Counted from the whole stretch's first letter, positions 39,327 to 52,698 are shown. The stretch is DNA of 62,993 nt, filler included, from Basidioascus undulatus (GCA_000826855.1; 5 parts of 5 records of this genome joined end to end with filler, not necessarily neighbours in it); one strand, 5' to 3'. The notes: a model not told the origin generated them from the letters alone. Numbers and translations: made by a program.

Positions 39327-41066
39327 CTGGATGGGCGTCCCGGAGAGGATTACGCGCCGCTTGCACTGGATCGTGTCGAGCGCGCGGAAGGTGAGGGAGT
39401 CTGGTCCGCGCGCACCCTCCGACATGAGCTCATTTCGTTACATCGCGACAACAGAAGTCAAAGAGAAAAAGACCCAAGACGTACCCGAGTTCTTCAACCG
39501 ATGCCCCTCATCGCAGAGCATGAGCCCGACCGGCGCCTTGCCGAGCTCCTCGGTCAGGTTGCGCAGCGTCTCGTACGAGACGATCATGACTGTTCGCATC
39601 CCAGCCCGTCCCCCAGTCAGTCTTAGCAGCCACGGGAATTACAAGGTGGAGAGGGAAAGGGAAAGGGAAAGAAGGAAGACGCAGACGCACCAGGCAAGCT
39701 GACCGACCTTCCCGTGGCAATGATCCACTGCCTCACGGACGTGATGAGCTGCTCCTTCGTGCCCTTCCCGTCGACGGCGAGGGGCGAGACGGCATCTTTG
39801 CCGAGCCATTTGACTGGTACGCAACCCCGACCTCGATCACCACCGACGAACAGGGGAGAAGGAGGAGCGAGGGAGGAGAGGGCAAGGAGACAAGAGGGGA
39901 AGGAGGGAGACGCACCGAGCTCGTTCGCCCAGTTGCGCACGAGCGAGGACGGGCAGGCTATAATGCATTTTTCGATCGTGGGCTTGCCGGGTGTGGGCGA
40001 CTGCTTGAGGAGCGTCCACATTAGGGCGATGCATTGGAGCTGCGTGCGTGGTGAATGAGTCATCAGCGCCTTGGGAGACGAGGGAGGGAAGGGAAGAGGG
40101 GGAGGAAAGGGAAGGGAAGTACCGTCTTGCCTGCGGAGGAAAGGTGCGTGAGTTGGGACGACGGGGGAAGCGGTAGGAAGGCGATGGGAAGAGGAATGGA
40201 AGGAGGAAGACCCACCGAGCCCCATCTCGTCGGCCATGATGCACCCGTACGCGTTCTCCGCCATCAACCCCATCGTGCAGCGATACAAGAACTGCCCTCC
40301 ACCACTCCATCTCAGCTCCCGCTTTCTCGCCTATCCTGGCCCCGCCCACCCAACGCACCTTGACGCCCTCGATCTGATGCGGCCTCAGCACCTTGGCGAG
40401 CGTCGGATCAATCACGACCGGGATCTTAACGACCTTCTTCTTCTTCTCCTCCTTATCCTTGATCCCCAGAATCTCCCTCAAGCTCTTATGCGGCCCCCTC
40501 TCCTCCTTCCTCCTCTTCTCCTCTTCCGCCTTCTTCTCGCGCTCCTCGCGCTCCCTGGACGTCTCGAGCCCGTCGACAGTCGGGTCGAAGAGGACAATCG
40601 CGTGCTGATCCATCGGGTCGTGCAGCGGGCGCGGGGGGATGGTCGGCTGGACGCGGAGTCCGAGCGCCGCGTGCGAGAGGGGCACGACCTTCGTCTCCCC
40701 CGTCTTGGAGTCCCGCAGCGCGGGGATCGCGAACGAGCGATGCAGCGTCTCGTCCTTGGGCTTGACCTTGAAGACGGGGAACGCCTTGCGCAGGTCCACC
40801 TGCTCCACCACAGGCTTGACCTCCTCCCCACGCTTCCGCCGCTTCTTGGACCCCGAGTCAGAGTCTGAGTCGGACTCGTCCGCGCACGCGCCCTTGTAGG
40901 ACGTGCGCTTGCGCTTCGCCGTGCGCGCGGGCTGCGGGTGCGTGGTCGGGGGAGCGACGACCGAGGGCGGCTTGAACGGCTTGAGGACCAGGCCGAAGCC
41001 TCCGCCCGAGACGGTCGTCGGCGTCGGCTGGCCGGGGCGCTGCGAGGCGGGGAGGCGGCGCAGCAT
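39327..41066 (-). CDS. RAD54: RAD54 SNF2-family DNA translocase, N-terminal half only
   Basis: Rad54_N ([36 protein letters not shown]-like), [71 protein letters not shown]. Nothing recognisable follows motif III. Confidence 0.95.
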
Positions 41067-41630
41067 CCGGGGGCGGTTCGCGGTGGGTGGGGGTTGCTGG
41101 TGTTGGTGCTGGGGGATTAGGAGAACAGAGAGTGAAAGTAAATACTTGAGGGGGCGATGGCGATGGTGGCAAGAAGAAACCAGACTCGATGCGCGCCTCG
41201 GACGCGACTGACTCGCGAGCTGATTACGCACCGCATTCGCTTCCGACCTAACCCGTCTACTCCATTTAGCGGATCTCTGTCTTTGTCTGAAATATCGTAT
41301 TCCACCTAATCTTCGCCATTTTCAGCAAACATCACAAAGTACTAAATTGACCAATATCGCAGATTCCCAGCCATTTCCTCGTAGTTTCACACTGCTGACG
41401 GATGCGCTCGTGTAATCGGCAATCGGCATGATCGGCGTGCAATTAATCCAGCGCGTCGGGCTCCCAGGCGCTGCGGCGGCCGGCGGGCGGCGGGCGCGTT
41501 CAGCGGTCAAGCTGAGGCAGCGCAGCGCATCTCCATCTCACGGCATGCCATAAACCTGTCCACGCACGCTCATGCGGCCGCCTTTGCTCCTTTTCCTTTC
41601 CACCTCACCACCGCGACCGCCCACCCCGCC

Positions 41631-42210
41631 ATGAGCTCCACTGCTGTTGCACTCGGCCCGCCCGCGCTCGCCCAGCCCCCCCTCGAAGCTCTCCAAGCAC
41701 GCATCCCCACCCTCCTCGCGACCCTCCTCGCCGCCGCGCTCGCCGCGCCCGCATCCCGGCGGACCCACCTCGCCGTCCAGGCCGCGTACGGGCCCAGTAC
41801 GGCGCCCGCGCCTGTTTCTGCAAGGAGGAAGGCCGCCCATGCGCTGGTGGTCGCTGCAGGGTTGGGGGTGCTGTGGACGCTCGGAGGGAGGTTTGGGAGA
41901 TGGGCGGTCTGGGTTGGCATTGCCGCGGCCTTGGTGAGTCGCTCCTGGTCTTTATTGGCTTTTGGTGGTGTGTGCTGAACTGCGTGAAAGCAGTACACAC
42001 CAACTAAGCATGTCCTCTCTCTCGTCTTCTGCACCGGCTCGTGGACCGTCAAACGCTCTTATCACGGCTGTGCGCCTTCTCTCAGCGCCCCTGTCTTACC
42101 GCCCCTGCTAACTCCCCTCCCCTACCCCCTTCCCCTGCGCCTCCTTCCCCATTCCCACGCCGAACCCACACAGTACTGACCTACCACGAGCACTCTCCGC
42201 CCTCCTCCGT
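41631..42210 (+). CDS. Unidentified membrane protein, 5' exons only
   Basis: gccATG start and a GC-rich, codon-biased exon with two hydrophobic segments ending at the GTGAGT donor at 41934. Short plausible exons follow, then the sequence meets the CDC55 fragment. Confidence 0.5.
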
Positions 42211-42299
42211 CCCTGCATACATCACGCTCTGTCTGACCTCCCTGCCGAGCCGCCGACAACGCGGCTCCTCCCTACATAGAAGACGACAGAGTAACGCAC

Positions 42300-42846
42300 C
42301 GTTAGTAGAGAGGAGGAAATGGGACGCGTTTTGGCGTTTGCACCACTTGATGCGGTTGATCTTTTCCTCGATCTCAAGCGATTTGAGGTAGTCGAACTCG
42401 GGCTCGTGCGACTGGAACTCGGTGTGGAACTTGTACTCGCATCCCTTCTTCTGCGGTCCCCTCCCAAGCGCAATGTGAATCTCCTGACATGTTTCCAGGC
42501 TGGGGAAAAGGTGGAGCGCAGACGAACCGACTCATTCCGCTCAAAGAGGACGACGCGGCCGCCCTTGTCGCCCGTCGCGAGGTAGTCGCCGGTATGGTCA
42601 AACTCGACGGTGGAGATGATGTCGGCTTCATAGTTACCCCGCAGCATCAGCATAACCCTCCAATGCACCATAAACCCAACTCCCGACCACACACACCTTC
42701 AGTGATGTCCTCCACCTCCCCCTGATCGCCCATCGCCCACCCGGTCGCACGAACCCGTCAGCAGGCGCGTCTGGGACGACTTTTACGGAGCGCGGCGAGC
42801 AGCGCACCTTGTCGCCGAAGCATTGTGCGAATCGCCACTCATCCAT
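42300..42846 (-). CDS. CDC55: PP2A B55 regulatory subunit, first ~100 aa only
   Basis: [104 protein letters not shown]. The expected DKTIKLWK exon was not found. Confidence 0.96.
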
Positions 42847-45371
42847 GGCGGCGTGCGGGCGAGCGGGATGTGCAGGAGGTCGAGCGGGGGAGCGGGGCGG
42901 GCGAGGGACTGGAAGACAGGGCGCGGGCCACCGGCGGTGCGACGAGGACGGTTAGGTGAACTGGGTGCCGTGGCTATGCTGCTGGGCTGGGCTGGACCTG
43001 TTGGGCGCTGTAGTCTGATCTGGCTGGGATTTGGTCGCCTGCGCTGGGCTGAAAGGGGCGCGGGTTTGTGAAAGCTGAGCTAGACGAGGGGCTGAGAGCA
43101 AGTCAAGAGCCCGTCAGCTTCGCCCGAGGTGACGCGCCTCGACGGGCGGCTTCGCGAAATCAGCAAATTGTCATTTCTTTGTCGCGGGGCGCTTTCAAAA
43201 ACGGTTGTGCATTTGCTTGCGCATGAAGCACTCGCAAATTGATCATTGGGGAACAAATCACGATACAAATCTCTGTAAAAAACTGTGATCGGTTTTGCAC
43301 AGCGCGTGCTGTGCTACACTTCTCGGCGCCGTCGTGCTGTCGAAGAACCGCTGTAGTAAAGAACTGACCCATAAGGGCGCCTATAGCACTTTCTTAAGAC
43401 AATGAGGTCTTTTGTTCCACTTCAATCATGTACAGTTCACGGCACACCAAAGGTATCTTGCCATTGAATGTAACCACATCGCGGTGCATACGGAGCGGAA
43501 CGTTGTAGCGACTTGCGACCATGATGTCTTCTTTTAGCCTGACTGCTCAAGGCATCAAGCAGGCTTAAACTTCATTGAGGACAAGAAGGAACCTAAAGTG
43601 CGCGCCCGTGCGTATGTGCACCAGACAGGTCACCCGAGGGTGGGTGCAGGGCCAGCGACGCCTCTGCAAGCCTATGTGTCCTTATGGTCCACGCGGTCGT
43701 ACCTGTACCCTCTTACGAGCGGGTTTCCTATACAGTAACGGGTATTCAGAGGAGACTAACTGCTCTGCATACAGTCCATGGCTCAGAATGAGGATAGTAT
43801 TACCACAAGGAGTGATCGGGTTGGGGGGATGCCGGGAATGGTGGTGGAGTCAGGTCGACACGGCGGAGGTGGTAGGTGAACGACTCGGGAACGTCTGGAA
43901 GGGCCCTGAAAAGGGACAGGCTTTGACACTGAAAGAAGTGTGTGCGTCAGCCTCGGGTGCATGGGCCCTACAGCGCTCAATGCATCGAAAGCCCCGCTCG
44001 AATAATGGGCCTCCCTCCCTACTGATCCTCCCTCCCACAGTGAAGGGTGACTCGTGAAAGCAGGACTGCGAGGCCGGCTGTCCACCGCAAGGCAGCACGA
44101 TGGTTGCACAGACACAGTGTGGAGATGAGGTTGTTGAAGAGGTGCTCCTAGAGGGAGAGCGTGGGGGGTGGGGAGAACATGATGAAGGTGAGAGATAGTG
44201 TTCGAGAGTGTGAAGAGGCGGAGAGGTGGAGAAGATGTCGGTCAGAGGCAAGGAGGAGGCGAGCCGCAGCGTTTCGGAAAGGACCCGTAAGACAACTGAC
44301 AGGACAACATGGAATCGGTTCTCTGTTGGGCCCAACTATGTGTTTTGTTTTTTTGCGAGCACACGCTGGTAATATCTTTTAGTGGTGATGCGTCCGCTTG
44401 GCGTGGAGCCATGGCAAGGGACAATACCTTGGAAAAGCGGGAGAACCTGCGACTGCCAGCTCCGGCGTCAACGCATAGTGAAAAAAGAAAAAACCCAGGT
44501 TCAGTACATCGGTTCCAAACAGTGGGAGGAGGAAACTATTCTAGAAAAACGAGAACTAGAGTCAAATTCGACTAGGTGCAAGCGTAGAGCTTGGTTTGGG
44601 AGGGGCAAATGACCCGTGTGGAGAAGCTCGAAACACGTTGGCTTGACCGACATCGTGGGCGAGGAGGAGTTAAGCAGGCTGCTCCGTAGACATCTGTAGA
44701 ACAAAGCAGAAAAGTCATAACAGCCGCTGACCAACTCACACTTTCTAAAAGGTTGGAGGGTAGATGCGCCTAGATGGCTCGAGGGGCGCACTCCTTCGTG
44801 AAGTACCTGAGACTAGTCAGAAAAACCCCTGTGCGCGTGGGCGGTCGCTGATTCCATGCATATCGGTGAAGTTACAATCCTATCTGTGACCGGTGTAAGT
44901 AGTGGAGCTTGTGGGACTAACGCTAACAAGATGTGTGTGCAGCGCTTTCAGGAGGCGTGACAGTCACAGCACCAGCGCCGGCGCCGGAAGATCTGGCAAC
45001 ACAAGTTCGTACTTATCTTTCTCTAGAGTTCATTGTAACAAAAGGATGATCGCTGCTCTTCACATTACTCGAGCAAGTTGACGATTGTTCTCCAGGACGC
45101 CCAGGCGAGAAAGTCTCGCTGCAGCGGACGCCAAGTCGGCTGCTGCCATGTGTTTCCAACGCTGGCGGTCAGCAACTGTGTATTTTCTCTTAAGAAGCTT
45201 TGGGGAAGTACCTTTACTTTGGTTCAAGTTCCCTTGCACCACAGATCAATTTCGGAAAAGCTCATGCACCCTTATTTGGCGATTAGGCCCTCGTGAAACT
45301 GACGTCGTTGCCTTCCTCCGCCGACTGGTCGCCTTGGTCGCTTTCTCCCTTCACACACCTCCTCGTCCAGA

Positions 45372-45959
45372 ATGGAGGACCCCCAATCTACGCCCAATTT
45401 CGATTCCATCCTTTCCGCGATCCGCGCGCCCGATGCGCTGTCCGCGGATGACTCGTCGTCGCTACGTGCGTCGCTCCTGCGCGAGCTCGGCCTCGACCGG
45501 CAGCCGACGAAGGACGAGATCCGGGCCGACCTCCAGCGGCGGTTTTTGACGCCTAGGGAGAAGCTTCCAGAGCATTGGTTGGGGCATTATCAGCTGTGAG
45601 TCCCCTACGCATTCTTATGGAAATCTTGCGCTTGGAGGCTGAACGGATTGATACCGCAGGACCTGGGACCGTCCGACCTCTCTCCCCACCCTGCTCCAAG
45701 CCGAGCCCTCCGCCCCCTCAACGCACCTCTCCTTCCTCCGTGCGGGCCTGGAGGGCCGCATAACAGGCTACACCGAGCGGCCGCTCCCCCGCGCCTCGCG
45801 CGAGACGTCCAAGACGTCCACGTCCCTCGCGCGCGCGCCGGGCGACCTCACCTCCTTCGTCCGCGGCCGCAGTGGGAACTTTCCCTTTGCGCCGGGCGGC
45901 TTGAATCTGGGGGACGAGAAGGAGGGGGCGAGGAGGCGGTATGGGATTGGGGGGGAGGG
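45372..45959 (+). CDS. SKI2: SKI2 RNA helicase, N-terminus (cut by spacer)
   Basis: FLTP...LPEHWL...W, RAGLEGRITGY, TSTSLARAPG...FVRGRSGNFPFAPGGL match the Ski2_N region. One intron at about 45596-45659. Confidence 0.88.
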
Positions 45960-46059
45960 NNNNNNNNNNNNNNNNNNNNNNNNNNNNNNNNNNNNNNNNN
46001 NNNTTAATTAATTAANNNNNNNNNNNNNNNNNNNNNNNNNNNNNNNNNNNNNNNNNNNN
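45960..46059. other. Artificial contig spacer
   Basis: N-run + TTAATTAATTAA + N-run. Confidence 0.98.
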
Positions 46060-46252
46060 TCGCGGCTTTCGCATCCGCCTGGTCGACGCGGGCGTGACAG
46101 GCGACGAGCGCTTGCGTACGGAGCGCGACATGCGGGATAGGATGGTGCTGGCGAAATGGGAGGAAGGTGCGCTTACTCTTTGAGTTTTCGTCTACAACCG
46201 CTCAGTCGCGGTCCGACTCACCGTTGGCCCACTTCGAACAGTCGAGGAATGA
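46060..46252 (+). CDS. 3' end of an unidentified gene (cut by spacer)
   Basis: Coding-like RGFRIRLVDAGV...VLAKWEE, a GTGCGC donor, a CAG acceptor at about 46241 and a nearby stop. Confidence 0.35.
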
Positions 46253-46687
46253 GACTGTACAGCGCGGTCGCGTTTGTCAAAACGCGCCGCCGAGCGTTCC
46301 TCGCTCCGCACGAATATTGCGTCCACCTGCTATTTCACGTTCCGCGTTCTTGAATAAAGCATGAAACATTCTTGGGACAGACGGTCTGTGTCGCTCTGCC
46401 TCTGTTGTCGAGAACTGGTGTGCATGGCCGCCTCAAGAACTTGCAGCAGATCCAGAAAGCTGTTCGTGACCGTACGTTGCAGGATGATTCCGTCATACGT
46501 AAAACCTATCATGTCATTCGCGACAGGTTCATCCGCCATGTACCCGTAGACGAAGGTGTACCGCAAGATCACTGCTGGGAAAGCCCAGGGCTTCGGCATT
46601 TTGCCTGCTCTGACCCCCAGTTCCACACTCGCCTAGCATCGCGGGCGCTGATAACCCATCGTTGGTTTCAATTGACCCCTCTTCTCA

Positions 46688-47818
46688 TCACTGCAGCCCC
46701 CCACTCGCCGCCCTCCTCTTCGCCCACGCACTCTCCTCCGCCTTCGCGCCCGCTTCCGACGCACCCCAAACGTCCTCCCTCCCCGCACCTCCATACCTGC
46801 TCCCATTCCCGTTACCGTCCGCACTCCTTTCAGACTCGAAGTCTTCCCTGCTCCGAGGGAACTGGAACACCGCCTCGCCCGCGCCGTTCACGCGCCGCTC
46901 GCGCTCGAGGAGCGCTTCGAAGTCGTCGTCGCCGCCGGAAGAGGACGACGGGAGCGAGGAGGATGATGTGGGAGACGAGGCGGAGGTGGTGGAGGGTGGT
47001 TGGCGCAGCTTATCCCATGAAGATGTGGGCGTGGGGTTGCGTGCCGAGCGGATCTGCGCCCAGCGCGATGCAGACGCAGACGCGGCGTCGCTGGGGGTCT
47101 TGGAGGAGATGGCGGTATTCCCATTCGCTAAGTCTGGAACCAAGGCGAGGACTCCACTACGTGAGCATCCCTGCAGTGGCAGAAGTCGCCCCTAGAAAGC
47201 CACCGAGAACGTACCTTGGCCCCACGCCGCCCCCTCCCGGTCCCCAAACATCGCCTCCCCACTGTTCTCCGCCCAGGCACCCTCCTCCTTCCCACCCGCC
47301 GGAACACGGCCAGGCCCCATGCCCTGCAGCCCGCCCGCCCTCTTCCTCTTCGTCTCCTCGCTCATCTCGATAAGCTCGCGCAGGAACGCCTTCGGGTCCT
47401 CGAGCTCCCGCACGCGCCGCGCGAGCGCCCACGAGCCGGCGACCTGACCGAGGATCGCGCCCGTAACCGTACCCGAGATTACAGGCAGGATAAGCCGCCG
47501 CCCGTTCATGCCGCGCTGCTTGGCGAGGTAGCCGAAGATCGCGCCTCCGACGACGGTGCCGAACTGCGGTGTGAGGTAGGCGTTCAGCGGGGTTGTCTGC
47601 AGCGGGAAGGGAGAGAGACGGACCCCAGTGTACTGGAACGTCTTAGCCATGCCTTGCCTAAACATGTCGAGGCTGTATAACTGAAAGTCAGTGGGTGCCG
47701 GGTTGCGATCTACCGCAAACATGGAGACCCCTCACTCGTTCTGCTTGACCTGGCCATGCTCGATGTGGTCCCGGAGAACTTCCCGGTCGATGGGGAGCGC
47801 TCGGTTCGGGCCTGACAT
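46688..47818 (-). CDS. Hypothetical two-TM protein with disordered tail (OCIA-domain-like architecture)
   Basis: MSGPNRALPIDRE..., two Gly-rich hydrophobic helices (FGTVVGGAIFGYL; VISGTVTGAILGQVAG), and a tail with RWAQIR, SSWDKLR and DFEALLERER motifs. GT-AG introns. Confidence 0.7.
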
Positions 47819-48179
47819 TTTAATAGGATGGGTGATGCGGGGGAAGGTGGGAGGATGAGGATGAGATAGGAGACGAAGAGAGAAGACCGGCGAATGTGCC
47901 GAGGAGTGACGCAAGTTGGGGAGCTCGGCTTAGTCAACTGCATGCTTTCAGACGTGCGCGTACTGCAGGACGTGCTGTTGTGCCGCAAGAAATTCTCTGT
48001 TGTATGAGAGTCTGTTACCATCTACACACGGGTGGTGAGAATTATGAAGCTGGTGTCAGAGTGGCTCTCAGCAGCTCGCGTCCGTCCTCTCTACCAGCTG
48101 TGTTACCGTATCCCTTCCTCCCAACTCCAATTCAGCTGTCACTCCTACCAAGAACTGAGCAAAGCAAATAAATCATGAT

Positions 48180-49558
48180 ACATAGCTCCTCAGAAATCCC
48201 TCTCCTTCCGGTCCTCCACCTCCGCCGCCTCGTCCTCGCCACGTCCACCCGACTATCAAACGCAATCAGCATCGATCTCCTCGACGTGAAAGTGACAACG
48301 GGAATCCCTGGCCTATCTAGCGAGGTGAGCGCCCGCGGATGGGTCATGCTGGTCAATGCGTTCGCGCCGCTCTGCAGGGCGCTGGGGTGCGTCTGCAGCG
48401 GGAGGATGCGCAGGACGCGCAGGACCCGAGCTGCGTGCCGAAGAGGACGAAGGCGACGAAGGCGGTGGCGCTGATTAGGATTGGGGGGATGGAGAGGTCT
48501 CGGCGATGGCTTGGAAAGAACGGCGAAGGACCCTGGAGGGAGAGGGGGACATTCAGCGCGGGGTTCTTTGGGCATGAAGCGGAAGGCTTACACCAGGTCG
48601 ACGCAGATGTATCTGGCAAGCCAGAAGCAAGTTAGCTGAATATACTTTTCCCAGTATTCAAATGTGTGTTCACAAGCAGAACCCAACCACGCGTAACATC
48701 AAGCCGACGTTGAGACCGTGTTCTCGCCGTACGAGTCTTGCAGCTGCAGAAAGCGACCCCCGAATTCAGTAGCATACCCTGCAGGCCTCGGATAAGAGAG
48801 GTTAGGCCCACTGAGCGGTGCACGAAAATTATGATAGTGGTCCACAGCGCAAATATGAGCGCTAAGCAAAGAAGGAGAGACGCTACCATTCCGACAGTCG
48901 CTTGCTTGCCGACGCGTCTAGTCAGTAAGATCAGACAAGAGAAGCGCATGAGAGGTACGTGCATTATCGTGTCATTTGCAGAACAGTAGAAACACACCCG
49001 CACGATGCTTGAGGGATCGTATATCCCGAACTGTCGTTCAAGCTCAGCAGCGGCAGTGCCGTGAAACGTCGTGCAAGAACTCACTGCTAGGGCGTAGGCG
49101 AGGATGGGAAGGCCTGCTACCCATGGAAGAGCTATCATCTACTCTTGGTATCGGCGGCAATGTTGACTGAGGCCCATACCTGGAACACTCATAAGCGACT
49201 AGGATTCAGCCATACCCGAATTTTACACAAACTTACCTTGAAAACCAGCCCCAGCCCCTCCCCCGCGCTCACAGCCAAGCTCATCATGAGCGTCCCCTGA
49301 GTCGCGATCTTCAGCCCCGGGGGTATCTCCTCCCCCGTACTCCACGCATGCCCCGTCTAGCACAGCATGCCAATCAAGAAGCTCGTGAGGCAAGGCAGAA
49401 ATAGAAAGATGGGACGGTGGCGTTCCGCCGGATGGAGGGCGTGCAGACGGTGATGAGAAAGAGCGTGGTTTGCCGAGCCAGCCGGCGAGGAGGAAGAAGA
49501 AGTAGAGCGCGAGCTGCGCGGGCGGAGCCGGGGTAGTTAGGGTGGGGGAGAGGGACAT
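48180..49558 (-). pseudogene. Multi-pass (7TM/GPCR-like) membrane protein, apparently disrupted
   Basis: Successive hydrophobic exons (LALYFFFLLAGWLG; ATQGTLMMSLAV; MIALPWVAGL; LLLCLALIFALWTTIII; AFVAFVLFGTQ). Frame breaks occur near 49140 and just after FGTQ (about 48425). Confidence 0.55.
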
Positions 49559-50339
49559 TGTTCTTTGTGCTGGGTGCGTAGATGGGGGGGAGGAGGAGGA
49601 GGAGGGAGAGGAGGTGAGGGGATGAGATTGTGTAAGGGGGAAGCCAGCGGTGGCCGGTGGGACTAGCGCGAAAGTCGGAACTTCCACATAAACATTAAAC
49701 ACGACTTTGGCATCCCCCGTTCCTGGGCCTTCACACTCACAAGGGAGCAAAGGAAGTGGACGTCCGTGCACCGGGGAGGTCGGAGAGACGTGTCTGCGAG
49801 GGTTAAAGAGGGGGCGTGGCGGCGGTGGGTTGACGTCTGGCTGAGACTGCGAAGTTGACAGTTCGACCGTTGCAAAAGTTCATCCCGCCCTCTTTCAGCC
49901 AAACTTACCTGGAATATGGGTTCAAGGAGGAATGGGACTAGAGTCACTATGTGAGAAGAAGGGCAGTCGACTCCCGGCTGCACGTCGCGGTGCGCACTCA
50001 GAGCCGCTGCAAGTGGCTGGGGACGACTCGTCTCGCGAACAGTTACGAAGCGCTCCTAAAGGCAAACTCTACCTGTGATGGGCTTCCTTGATGCACAAAT
50101 CAAGGGAGTTTGTCGTGCAATTCTGAGGTTCTCGGTCCAGAGCGTGGATTGCACGTTCCTGGCACCTGCGGCATGGAGCCCTCGCTGGGCCGCAGACAGA
50201 GTACACTAACAACTTTCTTCAATGCAAGAGAAGTGTGTATGCGTTGTGTCGTTCAATCATCCGAGCCTATCTTGGCTCCCATCAACCCTCCGTCTCCGCC
50301 CCCCTCCATCCTCCACCTCCCATCTTCCTTGTCCCACCC

Positions 50340-51183
50340 TCAGCTCGAGTCCTGCACGACGCCGACCTGGGCGGGCCTCAAGTTCTTGCCCTTGTAGCTG
50401 TACCCAACCTTCTGGCACTCGAGCACGGTGCCGGGCTCCTTGCCGGGCACAGGCGCCTGGTAGAGCGCGTCGTGGACGTCGGGGTTGAACTTCTCGCCCG
50501 TGGGGTCGAACGCCTCGATCTCGTGCTCCTTCAGGGCGCGCTCGAGCGACGTCTGCAACATCTCGACGCCCTCGTACAGCGTCTTGAGCGCCTTCACGTG
50601 CACCTCCGATGGCGCGGACGCGGAGAGCAGCTCGGAGGGGACGGAGCGCAGCGCGACGGGCAGGATGTCGAGCGTGGGGAGGAAGGACTTCGCCACGGAG
50701 GAAACACCCTTCTCTTGCGCGAGGTCCTTCTCCCGCTTCGCGATGCGCTGGAAGTTCGCAAAGTCCGCCGCGGCGTAGCCGAGGTCTTTCTGTTGAACGG
50801 CAAGCAAGGGGCGACGATGAGCCACACCATCCCGAACCAACCGAGGTGCCATATCAACCCATAAACGACCCCTCCCATACCACCCAAAACCACAGGGACA
50901 ACAAGGGGACAGCATCACGCACTTTCAATTGCCGTCCCAGCTCCTGCGCCTCGTCCGTCGCCTTCTTCTGCTCGTCCAGCAGCTTGGTCACCTCCTCCAG
51001 CGTCCGCTCCGTCTTCTCCTCGGCGTCTTTCTCCTCCTTGGCGCCGTTCTCCTCCGCGGGCTTGTCGCTGTACCACCGGGCTGCGGGGCGGGCGACAGAG
51101 ACAGAGGGGGCGGGACGGGCAAAGAAGGTGGCGCGGCGGGCGGTGGAGCGGGCGAGGAGGGATCGGGGGAGCATGGTGGTCAT
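50340..51183 (-). CDS. MGE1: Mitochondrial GrpE nucleotide-exchange factor
   Basis: Arg/Ser/Ala-rich presequence, YAAADFANFQR, FAK/VAKSFLPTLDIL, LYEGVEM, FDPTGEKFNPDVHDALYQAP, GTVLECQKVGY...LRPAQVGV. The start may instead be the ATG at 51174. Confidence 0.96.
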
Positions 51184-51438
51184 TTTGAAAGTGAAAAAAG
51201 AAGAAAAAGTAATGGAGAATGGGGCGGAAATGCGGGAGTGGGATGCGATGGAAGGTGGCGGTGAAAAGGGAAGACACCCGAGTCGAGCTGAGGCGGCTGC
51301 TGGAAAGCGCCCTCGGCTGTTCGGCTTGCGCCAAAAAGTTGTTCTCCCACGCTCTGTGCAACCTTCTCTCTACCCACCTTGTCCACCCCGTGCTCGCCAT
51401 CCAAACAGCCGTGCTCGCTATTCCCAACAGCAGCAACA
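51184..51438. promoter_or_regulatory. Short bidirectional promoter between MGE1 and RPA43
   Basis: The divergent start codons are only about 255 nt apart. Confidence 0.65.
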
Positions 51439-52698
51439 ATGGCGCCCACAGCACCCTCCAGCTCCAAGCGGCACAGGGCCCGCCCTTCAGCCGCGAAGTC
51501 CGCTTCGGCGGCGCCGGCGCAGTTCCAGCTCGTCCAGGCCGAGCTCAAGCTCGCAATCCCGCCCGTGTTCGCCAACAACCCCGCCGCAGGGGCGAGCGAA
51601 ATGCTCGACTCTCTCGTCATGCGGTGCGAAGGTCATCTGGGTTGTGGACGAGCTGGGCATCCGAGCTGATGAGGCAGGCGAGGCGCAGATACGTCCCGGC
51701 CTTGCGAGCAGTCCTCCTCGCGCACTACAACTTGCACTTCCCCAACAACCTCGCTATGATTGCCGCGGACTCTCCATTCGCTGTCACGAAGGTGCGGTTC
51801 TCCGCGCTCGTCTGGGCGCCCGTTGTCGGGGAGAAGCTCAGTGCGTCGTCTTCCTCCCCCATTGCCCCTTCCCTCCTCACTTTTCTGACTCCTTCGCCTT
51901 CCTTTCCTGTTACTCCATCTCAGAGGGCCGCATCTCCCTCTGCTCCCCCGACCACGTCTCCCTCCTCGTGCACCACACCTTCAACGTGACCATCCCGCGC
52001 GAGCACCTCCCGACGGACGAGTACGCGTTCGAGTACGGCGCGACGGAGAACGACCCGGAGGCGGCGGACGAAGAGAAGGCGGACGAGGGGGCTGAGGACG
52101 GCGAGGGCGAGGGTGGGGAAGGGGAGGAGAAGGAGATGACGGCGAGTGTAGGCGGGCGGTGGGTGAACAAGGACGGGCTGTGGCTCGGCGGGCTGGACGG
52201 CGAGCTGGAGTTCACGGTTGTTGGGTGCGCCCCTTCACCTGCTCTCTTACCACTCAACAATGCTCATCCTTCTCTCTTGCTCAACGCAGCCTTAACCACC
52301 TGAACCAATCCCTCGCGCTGACGGGCTCGCTCCTCCCGACGCCCTTCGCTCCGCGGCGTTTCTCCCCGACGCGCACGCAGCCCCCCGCGCCCGCATCCAA
52401 GCCGGCGAAGCGCGCCGCCCCCGCGCAGACCGCATCCCCCGCGCAACCAAAGAAGAAGCAGCGGCTGATCGCGCACGACAGCGACGCGTCGTCGTCTTCG
52501 GACGAGTCATCCGACGAGGACGAGTCATCCGACGAGGACGAGGAGGACGCGGCGCGCGTGGCGGCGGAAAAGGCGCGCAGGGAGAAGGAGGAAAAGAAGA
52601 AGGCGAAGGCGGAGAAGAAGAAGGCGCGCGAGGCTGAGGGTGCGATGGACGTGGATAAGAAGGAGAAGAAGAGAAGTTCGAAGAAGGCGAAATCCTAG
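51439..52698 (+). CDS. RPA43: RNA polymerase I subunit A43
   Basis: LAIPPVFA...EMLDSLVMRYVPALRAVLLAH, DSPFA, LVWAP..G.KL, GRISLCSPDHVSLLVHHTFNVTIPREH, G.W...L.FTV, LTGSL, and an acidic plus Lys-rich nucleolar-type tail. Confidence 0.92.

Noticed and set aside
38611..39702. 363-aa + strand ORF
   Set aside because: It partly overlaps RAD54 exons in antisense and has no recognisable motif or coding bias.
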